From NCBI GenBank assembly GCA_000004985.1, contig GG738849.1: a stretch of DNA of 64,000 nt; one strand, written 5' to 3'. Made by a program: the position numbers and the translations under genes. Below, piece after piece: positions 1 through 8,911 of this stretch; position 1 is the stretch's first letter, and each line of letters begins with the position of its first letter. The notes under the pieces were generated by a model, which made no database searches, had not been told where the DNA came from, and was given only the letters and a program-made list of their open reading frames with translations. This stretch comes from Naegleria gruberi (lineage: Eukaryota).

Positions 1-44
1 TATCTTTCGAATAATGTCCAAGTTGCAGTTTTATTACTATTCAA

Positions 45-2537
45 TTACAATTTATCACAATAATCAGTGTAGAGAGGAATTTCTTCCTTCAAGCCCTTTC
101 TTATTCTAACATCTTTGATGAGTTGGTTTGCTTTAGATTGAGGATTGTAAACATCATCTTGCATAACTTGCCAATGACTGAATCTAAATTGAGAAAATGT
201 TTGATTTTGAGATTCTTCTCTCAGTTTCTCGTCCCATCCAAAACTTTCAATCACAGGGAGGTAACCAGAAATGACCACAAGGGGAGATGGATTAATTATT
301 GTTGTGTTAATTATATTACCTCTTCTGTTAAAAATATCTCTGTAAACTGAACTTGTGAATGATTCATTGGATTGAACCTCAAAATGATACATTGGTTCTA
401 CTAATTTTGGTTCAGCTCTCAGTTGACTAGCGAGCATGAGTTTAGCGCTAACTCCAACCAATTGACCTGCTCCTCTGTGAATGGAATCGGCGTGCAAATG
501 ACAATCATGTAATTTGAAAAGAACACCTCTCATGACCTCATCACACAAACCACCCGAAGCAGTACTTATTTGAAAACCTATCGTTACATATTGCTGAATT
601 TCATTAAGATAGCTAGTTGATTTGGATGCATTGACGAGTATGTTGGTTCTAGAGTGTGTATCTGGGCCGAAACTCCATATATTCTTTGAAATAGTCTTGT
701 CCCATCCAAAATCATTTTCCATAATTTCAGCTATCTTTTCTTGTTCATCCATTGGAAATTGATCTCCACTTATTAATTCTATCAAGTCTTCACTAATAGG
801 TTCCGCTTGCATGTATAGACGGTTGTGTTTGTTGGGACTTTTCCTCATTAGCATTTCTTCACTAGGATAACTAGAAACAGTTTCATGAAAATTAACGAAA
901 TACGGTGATTTTTTGATCTGAATATCCTTTGTGAATTCTTGCAAATGACACGTTTCTAAATGGTATTCACTTTCTGCACCTAGAACACATTGTCCTGAAT
1001 CATTGAACTTGCATGATAAATTAACATTGCTCTGTATGAGTTGTTTCAAACGCTCAACAAAATTTGGCAAATCTGAAGGGTTGGTTGGCTCAACACTCAT
1101 CGAAACAATAGGACTCATATATTGTCTTATACCCTTAATTGGCATACATGCAACTCCACCTTCTTCTGTGAATGTGCACGATTTGATAAAATACTTATCC
1201 AAACCAACAATACCAATTATTGAGCCACAATACGCTCTATCAATACACTCAATGTTTGTACCAGATAGCAATAATAATCTTGCAGCACTTGTATGAAAAA
1301 CATCCTTCTTGGTTTTAAAGTTGGGGCCCAATATTCTAATTGTTGTCGATTGAGAGAAAGAACCTGAAAAGACACGAGCCAAAGCAATTGAATCACCACT
1401 GTATGTGCATTTTGGTGGTAACATCTTACTCACATACACAACCAATGGTCCATATGGATCACATTCCTTGATTCCAGTTGCATACGGATCTGTCAAGTCT
1501 TCACCAGTGTAGAGAATATCATATTTGGTTTTTTGAGCTTCCTTGGGAGAAGGCAAATGATCAATAATCATTTGAATGAGTGATTTCCGAAGAGGAAGAA
1601 ACTTTTTCATAATGACCTCGATGAGCTGTTTCGAATTTCCTTTCTTTTCCTCTCGAGAAAGGTGGATTAATAGTGTATCTAGAGTTTGTTCAAATCCAAC
1701 TGATAACATGCCTTGATCAGAGGGAATGTGGGCTCGAGCAAGATTGAAAATCTTAAAAATTGGTGCCAATATAAATTCAGAGAAAGTATGGTTCAATTGT
1801 TGACCTGTTGTGGACGAATAGGGTTGTCTTGTGAACTTTTTAATTGACCTGTCATAGTAATAATCTCCCCACAACTTTTTGATTAACTTTTCTCTTGAAA
1901 TGTTAAATTTTGAACTGTAGAATTGAGCAAAGTTATTGAGATTGAAAGCCCAACCCATCCTAGCAGAACCAAACACAACATTACAATCAACTGGATCAAG
2001 AAGATAACTATTCGATTCTTCATTGGAATATGCAGAAAGAGTGACATTAACAGACTCTATAATTCTAACAATAATTCGATAGCTTTCCTCCTCAGTCAAT
2101 TGTAACTCATTAATGAGACGGTCAATCTTGTTAATGAAAAGAATAGGTTTTACTCTTTCTTGTGCAACTTGTCTAACCAATGTTTGTGTTGGACTATGAC
2201 CCTCAACTGCATCTACAACAATGATAGTTCCATCACTAATATTCATTGCACTGACCGTTTGATAATTCATAAAAGCAGGACAATCAATCAAGTTGACCAA
2301 ATGAAGATCATCTTTTTTGGTTGGATTTTCATAAATCAAACTATAATCATTTGATAAATTATTCTCAATTTCATCATGATTTGCTTCCAAATCATCTGCA
2401 AACTTATTTTCTTCAATCAATTTCCGAGTTAGGGTTGATTTACCATGATCCACATGAGCAATGATACTAATATTTCGAATATTGTCATAATTTCGTAATA
2501 GATGATCAATCTTTTCTTTTCTATTGTTGTTGATCAT
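45..2537 (-). CDS. elongation factor-like GTPase 1 (EFL1/Ria1 family, 60S ribosome maturation)
   Basis: Continuous ORF (track 45..2597, 850 codons; the track start is GTG, the first ATG is MINNNRKEK at about 2537). Motifs seen: P-loop AHVDHGKST, G4 NKID, 'IIVVDAVEG' and 'WGDYY', which are characteristic of EFL1 rather than EF-2. TAA stop at 45-47. The G3 motif reads DCPAF instead of DxPGH, verified in the DNA (GAT TGT CCT GCT TTT). Confidence 0.8.
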   Translation of the reverse strand: MINNNRKEKIDHLLRNYDNIRNISIIAHVDHGKSTLTRKLIEENKFADDLEANHDEIENNLSNDYSLIYENPTKKDDLHLVNLIDCPAFMNYQTVSAMNISDGTIIVVDAVEGHSPTQTLVRQVAQERVKPILFINKIDRLINELQLTEEESYRIIVRIIESVNVTLSAYSNEESNSYLLDPVDCNVVFGSARMGWAFNLNNFAQFYSSKFNISREKLIKKLWGDYYYDRSIKKFTRQPYSSTTGQQLNHTFSEFILAPIFKIFNLARAHIPSDQGMLSVGFEQTLDTLLIHLSREEKKGNSKQLIEVIMKKFLPLRKSLIQMIIDHLPSPKEAQKTKYDILYTGEDLTDPYATGIKECDPYGPLVVYVSKMLPPKCTYSGDSIALARVFSGSFSQSTTIRILGPNFKTKKDVFHTSAARLLLLSGTNIECIDRAYCGSIIGIVGLDKYFIKSCTFTEEGGVACMPIKGIRQYMSPIVSMSVEPTNPSDLPNFVERLKQLIQSNVNLSCKFNDSGQCVLGAESEYHLETCHLQEFTKDIQIKKSPYFVNFHETVSSYPSEEMLMRKSPNKHNRLYMQAEPISEDLIELISGDQFPMDEQEKIAEIMENDFGWDKTISKNIWSFGPDTHSRTNILVNASKSTSYLNEIQQYVTIGFQISTASGGLCDEVMRGVLFKLHDCHLHADSIHRGAGQLVGVSAKLMLASQLRAEPKLVEPMYHFEVQSNESFTSSVYRDIFNRRGNIINTTIINPSPLVVISGYLPVIESFGWDEKLREESQNQTFSQFRFSHWQVMQDDVYNPQSKANQLIKDVRIRKGLKEEIPLYTDYCDKL

Positions 2538-2617
2538 GTTGTGATTTTCAAAAAGTACTGCAAACTCCTCCGAAATTGTGAATAATTGTGTGCACACAAG
2601 TTGAAGAGCTATTTTTT

Positions 2618-4096
2618 TTAATGCTTCAAATTCAAAATTGAATGATTTTTACACCACAGAACACAAAGAAATGAAAAATTGAAAAGTATTACAACTTTAT
2701 ATTCTTCATCATTAAAATCAGAAAGCTCCTCCTGATCAAATATGATATTATCCTCCTCATCGAGAATCAATTCTTCTTCATCTTCAATATCAAAATCTTC
2801 ATCTCTGTAGAACTCGACAACGTCATCTGCTTGCCACAAATTCTTGAAGAGCAATTTGTGGCTGAAACCTTTCATTTCAAAGTGGTTCTTCATTGTATCA
2901 AAGCTTTCTTCCAAAAGTTTGAGATTTTGATTGAGGAATTGACCGCTGACAGAAGAGTTTAGAGTTTCTTGGTATTGGGAAATGACTCTTGATATGGTTT
3001 CGTCTTTTCCAATGAGTTCTTGGTAGATTTCAATGGCATGTTTGACATTTTGTAATGCAAATTCAATGTTGGCTTTCAAACCTTCAAGGATGTAGGTCTC
3101 AGTTTCGAATATCATTAATTCTTTAGCTACATTTCTATCAGTACTATTTCTGTCTTCAAACAACTGACCAAGTTTCTTCATTGATTCGTTAATTTGTTGA
3201 ATAAATGTTTTGGAAGCTTCTTCTCTCAAATAAATGCATTGATTAGAAACGGAATCAATTCTTCTTAATAATCTTTCGAATATTATTCCAAGTTTCTCAT
3301 CTTCCCATTTAAAGGTACCAAATTGTTTAGATGGCTCATTAATAATTTTTTCTTTCATTTCCTTAATGAAAATACATGCATTCGGAAACATGCATTCTAA
3401 TCTTGCTCTCAAAATCTTTACAATAATTCTATTTTGACGTGTGGTCATAATTGTGATTCTTCTAAGCTTTGGATTGGCGATTTCACTCAAAGTTCCAGTG
3501 TTTAATCTAATGAATGTTTCTGGAATGACAACATGTTCAAAAACCGATATTTTTCTCATAATTTCATCTAAGGATAAACTACATTCCTCATTTAGAATGG
3601 TCAAATCAGAAACTTTCAGATTGGATGTATCTCTAATTGTCCATGGTGGATATTTTACAGTGATGGAAGAGCACAAACTGGACGATTCTTCAAAAAGCTC
3701 CAACTCGTCAATTCTGTTGAGAAAGAGTTTCTTTAGAGGTCTTTGATTTTTGTAGAATGAAAATTTGTTAATACCAAAATCTGTCAAATTTGAATAGTTA
3801 TTGGGATTGACACTTGTTAAATTTTGTTGATCAATGATATGTAATTTTTCCAAGCCATTGATTTTGCACTTTTTACAGAACTCGACCATGTCATTGGTGT
3901 CAATGATGGTAAGGGATTTGAAACATTTCACTATTTCTCTAGCAGATGTTCTATCCCAAACTCTTGCTTTTTCTTTAAATTCAATAGCATTACACTTATC
4001 AATGATGAGCTTGTTGATTTTGCTTTTTCTTGGATTTAACATTGAATGAATATCAGAATATTTCAAATTAATCTTGGAACTTTTCAAGCAAATCAA
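2618..4096 (-). CDS. F-box/LRR-like hypothetical protein with acidic C-terminal tail
   Basis: 492-codon ORF with cysteine-containing leucine-rich-repeat-like periodicity and a D/E-rich C-terminus. A same-frame 88-codon ORF (4097..4363) lies immediately upstream, separated only by one in-frame TGA at 4097-4099. The first ATG inside the 492-codon ORF is at about 4045. The 5' end is uncertain. Confidence 0.45.
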   Translation of the reverse strand: MICLKSSKINLKYSDIHSMLNPRKSKINKLIIDKCNAIEFKEKARVWDRTSAREIVKCFKSLTIIDTNDMVEFCKKCKINGLEKLHIIDQQNLTSVNPNNYSNLTDFGINKFSFYKNQRPLKKLFLNRIDELELFEESSSLCSSITVKYPPWTIRDTSNLKVSDLTILNEECSLSLDEIMRKISVFEHVVIPETFIRLNTGTLSEIANPKLRRITIMTTRQNRIIVKILRARLECMFPNACIFIKEMKEKIINEPSKQFGTFKWEDEKLGIIFERLLRRIDSVSNQCIYLREEASKTFIQQINESMKKLGQLFEDRNSTDRNVAKELMIFETETYILEGLKANIEFALQNVKHAIEIYQELIGKDETISRVISQYQETLNSSVSGQFLNQNLKLLEESFDTMKNHFEMKGFSHKLLFKNLWQADDVVEFYRDEDFDIEDEEELILDEEDNIIFDQEELSDFNDEEYKVVILFNFSFLCVLWCKNHSILNLKH

Positions 4097-4498
4097 TCAG
4101 CTTATTGTCAAATAGTCAATATTCATCAAACGAATCTTGAGTTTGGCTGACTCGTTTGAAATATGCATTGGTAACATTGCACTCAAAACTTCAATATCCT
4201 TAATACTCGATACAATAACACCTTCTCTTCTGTTAAGTAACTTAACTAATTCCCATTGAGTAGCACTCAAATCTTCATCGAAACCTATTTCAGTAGGTGG
4301 ATGTAATGCAAAGTGCTTTCCGCCACCAAGAGAATACAAACAACCAGCAATTGCTGAGTTCACTACTCTTTAAAATATTATTACACCGAGTGAGGAACAA
4401 AATTGAAAAATAGTATTTGTAAACTTTCTTTATATAGAGCTCACATGCTTGTTTGGTTAAATAAATTGTAATTGTAAAAACTGCACATTAAAAAAAAA

Positions 4499-6274
4499 AT
4501 GTTTGGAAAACTATTGCTCACTGTTTTCATCGTCATCTTTATGGCACAGGAAAGCAGCGGTTGCACTCTTCAGAATTGGCGATATGAAAAGAACACGTAT
4601 GGGAAGCTAACAGTTCAAGAGAATAAGAGCAACAAAACATACTTGTTCAATATTGTTGATAATCTCCAAATGTTACATGTCAGAAAACACACTGTCTTTT
4701 TGTCATTCTTTGATATATCCTACTTTGATCAGAAGATTAACATGAATTTGAGTGGAACATCAAATTATTTGGATGTCATTCAACAAGTGAAAGGATGTTT
4801 CGATACTTCCTTGGCTGAACTGTTCATTTGCTATGCCATTTCCAACAGAAGATTTGAATGCTTTTTAGTGAAGGAGCAAAGTATTGAACATCCAACCATT
4901 AAACAGCTCAATTACATCCCCTACTCGATTATCATTTTGATTCAATTTTCCATTTCCGTTTTAATAACAATTTATATGGGATGTTGTAATAAGAAAATTT
5001 ATGGTACAACTAAACAAACTCAGAAAAATACCAATCCAGAACCACAAACCAAGAAAAAACCCCTACAGAGGGAGAAGTCCACGCCGCCTTCAACAAACAA
5101 TGATGACATTGAACTAGATGAACAACAGGTCCAACAAACACATGAACATGGTGAGGATGATGGTGAGGATGATGCGGCTCAAGACGAAACAAATTTAATA
5201 GAAAGAACCACTACCTCTTCCACAGAACAAGATGAAAAACCTACCTCTTCCTTTTCCACTTTTTCCGTTGTTGTCTTGTTTTTAATATCAAGAACGCTAC
5301 GCCAGAAAATCCCTTTTGTGAGCAAGTTGAACGAAAACACTTTCACAGGAAAAAACATGTTTTTGTGGGTGGGCTGTTTTTGTGTTGGATGGTTTGTTTT
5401 TATGGAAGATTTTTTTCCAGAAACCATTATCCCCATCATTTGTGGAATAGTATTAGCAAAGCTTGTGGTGAGTTTGATTTTGGACTACACATCCAATGAG
5501 CGTTTAACAGAGTGGAGTGAAGTAATTTATTTTTTATGTAGGTGTATGATGGGTGCTATTTTTTTGATTGCAATTGTTATTTACATGATCACCAGAACAA
5601 AAAAATTTTACGGGTACAGTGAAAATATGATTGGTGAAAAATTAGTCTATTGAATTGATTTCTCTTCCTCCATTGTGATCATTATTGCTTCTTGTTTTAG
5701 TTGGCTAATTTATTCAGAATGGAATTCATATAATCATCAAGAAAATCCTTTTTTAAATGTCTTTAAAGACTTTATCCGCCAATCGCAAATCACTTCCACC
5801 TTATCTGGATTTTTCATTGTAATTGTAATTAGAGAAATATGTGAGGATTCATATATTTTGTACTCATTGGAACTAGTTAACCCTCTGGTAATCCCCTTAC
5901 TAATGATTATCGTTGAGGGTTACTTTTTTCATAAAATCAGTATAAAAATGCTTGTAACAGCAGAGGAAAAGTTGAGCAATAAGAATTACAATATGATGCA
6001 TGCAATGTATGAGTGCACAATAGATAACCTCGTCAAGCTGTTGGCCATTACATTATCTGTATGCTTATTGATAGTCATGGTTATTTTCTCTGTCTACCAG
6101 TTTAAACTCAAAGGAATGGAGTTTGTTAGTTCTCTCATAGTGGGTGCTCATGTTTCCATTCAGTTTTGGATGGATACTCATGAAGAAAGTTATAGTTCAG
6201 AAGTTTCTAAAACGGTTGAAAAATACTGCGCAGAAACCAACCATCATCATGATCAGATATTAAAATCCATCTAA
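4499..6274 (+). CDS. multi-pass membrane protein (signal peptide plus several TM helices), function unknown
   Basis: ATG at 4499 in an aaaaaaaaaATG context. ORF 4499..5653 and same-frame ORF 5675..6274 are separated by a TGA. A short GT..AG intron (donor at about 5614 or 5619, acceptor at about 5700 or 5716, T-rich polypyrimidine tract) joins them in frame. Both halves are hydrophobic and TM-rich. Confidence 0.45.
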
Positions 6275-6463
6275 TCAATCCAAGCCAATCTCCCATGTGG
6301 CATTTGAAAATAAATATGAATTTCTTATAATCCTTTCTGAGCTCAATGACAGAAAGTTGCTCCCAACGCTTTTCCAAGAATATGCCAAGTGCTCACCCTT
6401 GAACATGTGGTTTTGTTCAAAGAACACCTTATCAAATTTGCTTTCTTTCTCGCCCTTTGTCAT
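6275..6463 (-). CDS. small ORF (62 aa), hypothetical
   Basis: Starts with a genuine ATG at 6463 and sits in the spacer between two genes. No recognisable domain. May be spurious. Confidence 0.15.
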   Translation of the reverse strand: MTKGEKESKFDKVFFEQNHMFKGEHLAYSWKSVGSNFLSLSSERIIRNSYLFSNATWEIGLD

Positions 6464-6965
6464 TAATTAAGGCACTCAATAATGGAAACCTTTTTTCAAG
6501 TGTTGTATTTTATCATGTCAAGTACTTGGGAAACTCGTTTGATGTAGTGGAAGATCCACTAGTAATTCAGTAAGTAACAAATCTATCTAATTTGTAACCC
6601 AGCATTTCTGAAAATGTCGAATTCATTGTAAAGAAATTAAACCACATTCAAACTTAATGAATCGTTCCTGATGCCATCCCAGCTTGATATGGAATTAAGT
6701 AATACCAATAAGGTGATTTTCAAGGCACTCTATACTGACATCCAACCAAGGGTTGATTCAAAATGAAAAAAGGAGCAATTTGGAGAAGCCATTTCGAAGC
6801 TAAGTGAAATAATTCAATTAAGGGAGAAGGAAATCTGTGTCTCTAAAAAATATTTGAAAAACAAAAAAAAATCAAGAATAAAATCAAACCTGAACTGGAA
6901 GAACAAAAGATCAGATCATCAAAATCAAAGTCTCAAGCTCAGTTCAATGAGGATTTTGAGATATA

Positions 6966-7010
6966 TAATGAAGAACATTGATAGATCGATCGATTGATCG
7001 ATCAATTAAT
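6966..7010. repeat. cluster of overlapping perfect palindromes built on ATCGAT/AATTAATT
   Basis: gatagatcgatcgattgatcgatcaattaattgataaaatt contains the self-complementary words GATCGATC, TTGATCGATCAA and TCAATTAATTGA. It is followed by degenerate CGATCATT repeats up to about 7080, in an intergenic spacer. Confidence 0.6.
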
Positions 7011-7450
7011 TGATAAAATTCTATGTTTCATCCATTCAACCGATCATTTTCCATCTCGATCATTCATCGATTGGTAAAAAAATTCCATCGAAAAATTTAT
7101 GTCATAGTTTCTCGAAAACTACAATATAAAATATGAAAACGATTTAATTGATTTTCTACTACATTTTTATTCCTGATATTTCCAAATTCGAGAATTTCTA
7201 ATTCTGTGGGTGGATGTATCAGCAATGTATTCTTCCTCATTGTGGAATGATGTAAATGAATAGGGAATAGTCAGAGCTGCTTCTTCAGCTTTGGCTCCAT
7301 CACATACACCACCTGAAGTAATATTTGAAATAGAGTCGATAAATCGTGTTCTAGAGTTAGTAAAATGGTCAGCCAAATGAGAACTACTACTTAGAGGTAA
7401 GCTTTCATCTGATTGTGGAAACTATTGTACCAGATTGAATGGAATTTTAA

Positions 7451-8758
7451 CTAATAGCGGTGTAGAGCAAAATCTTTGAGGTATAATTGGATTGCCAATT
7501 TGGATGCTAAACTTTTACGTTTTCCACTCAACCAAGCACTAAAATTACATGGGTCAATATTAAAAATTTTACAAAACTCGTTTTGTGTTGAAGTCCAAGA
7601 CAATTTCCACAGTTGTATCAAATCAATATCATTCAGTTCCATAATATGTTCAGGCAATTCTCCTAAACTCGATATAACAAACTTCTTAACATCTTCTTTG
7701 GGTTTGTACACAATTGGTGTTGTTTTCGAGTCTGTTAAGAATAATTTTACAGACATTTCTGACGATAGACTTTCGTGTTTTCCTCTCAACCAAGCACTAA
7801 AATTACCTATGTCAATATTATAAACATTACAAAATTGTTTCTGTGATAATTTCCAACTTTCTTTAAAATACTGTATCAATAACGCAGTATTTAGATAGTC
7901 TACATCAATCAAACCGTGTCCTTCATCTTGCTTTTGTGATGCTATAAAGTTTAAATGTTGAAATAGAGGATCCAATTCAGATGAGTTTTCACAATAACAA
8001 AGAGAAATTTCATTCAACAAATCTTGCCATTGAATTTTTCTTCGTTTTCTTTCTGTAATTATTTCTACTAAATCAAGGGTGAGTTCAAAACCAGTGATGT
8101 ATTTAAATACTGGCTTTGCCAATTCAAAATGTTGAACATCTTGAATTAGAGAATACAAGCCAGAGTTTTCTAAAGGATATCCTGTTCTTTTCTCAAGAAC
8201 TTCTGAATAGGCATAATCGACAGATTCTTTTAGATAGTATTCTTGATCAGTTTTTGATTCAATGCATAGTTTCAAGTTATGAATGCAATCATAATAAAAA
8301 TCTCTAGAATTAATTCCCAATCGTTCTCTCACTATTAATTCCCAAATATTTCTAATATCCAGTCTCGATATTTTGATGGTGCTGGAATTACATATTTTCA
8401 CTAACAAGTGCAAACTATCCTGATAACTATACGAAGAACTGCACCATGGAAACCAAGGCTTTTCTAAACAAACTTCTAACATTCGCTTTTCATCATGGAA
8501 AATAACAAAAGACGAATGAAGAGAAAATAAACCACTTTTTAGAGTGAGAGAAAATTCTTGTTCCGACTGATCTTGTTCTTCCCTTAAATCACATTCAATA
8601 ATATTTCCATCCCGCTCAACTCTAAGCTCTTTCGCTGTTCCAAAGCGATAGAAAGTGAGAGTAACAGATTTGAGGCTCGTAGTTTTTTGTTTGATGCAGA
8701 GATGGGATGCTTCTTTGACCACTTTGTCAGCGGAACTGATTGAGCGTAACACAATCAT
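7451..8758 (-). CDS. hypothetical protein with two tandem C-terminal Cro/C1 (XRE)-like helix-turn-helix motifs
   Basis: ATG at 8758, TAG stop, 435 codons. The C-terminus has an internal repeat (…QKQFCNVYNIDIGNFSAWLRGKHESLSSEMSVKLFL… and …QNEFCKIFNIDPCNFSAWLSGKRKSLASKLAIQLYL…) that fits the XRE-type HTH pattern (Q.eF....i....fS.W..GKr.s......l). Confidence 0.6.
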   Translation of the reverse strand: MIVLRSISSADKVVKEASHLCIKQKTTSLKSVTLTFYRFGTAKELRVERDGNIIECDLREEQDQSEQEFSLTLKSGLFSLHSSFVIFHDEKRMLEVCLEKPWFPWCSSSYSYQDSLHLLVKICNSSTIKISRLDIRNIWELIVRERLGINSRDFYYDCIHNLKLCIESKTDQEYYLKESVDYAYSEVLEKRTGYPLENSGLYSLIQDVQHFELAKPVFKYITGFELTLDLVEIITERKRRKIQWQDLLNEISLCYCENSSELDPLFQHLNFIASQKQDEGHGLIDVDYLNTALLIQYFKESWKLSQKQFCNVYNIDIGNFSAWLRGKHESLSSEMSVKLFLTDSKTTPIVYKPKEDVKKFVISSLGELPEHIMELNDIDLIQLWKLSWTSTQNEFCKIFNIDPCNFSAWLSGKRKSLASKLAIQLYLKDFALHRY

Positions 8759-8911
8759 TTTTTCCTAGTCTTCAAATTTTTAGGTGGCTTAGTACCTTTT
8801 ATTGAATTGATCACAATCTTTGAATTATTTTGAATGCTTATTTATCATTTTTTTACTGCAACACCTCTTAACTTGTTTCAAGTTTACAACAAAACAAATT
8901 TCCACTAATTT

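Noticed and set aside
4097-4099. TGA as a sense codon (alternative genetic code)
   Set aside because: All long conserved genes here (HECT, EFL1, prolyl oligopeptidase, squalene monooxygenase A) are uninterrupted by TGA and use TGT/TGC and TGG normally. One gene terminates with TGA. A reassigned TGA is therefore unlikely; I treat this as an isolated event.
7167-7376. 69-aa ORF downstream of the HTH gene
   Set aside because: No ATG (TTG start only) and no similarity. It lies in the probable 3'-UTR or spacer.
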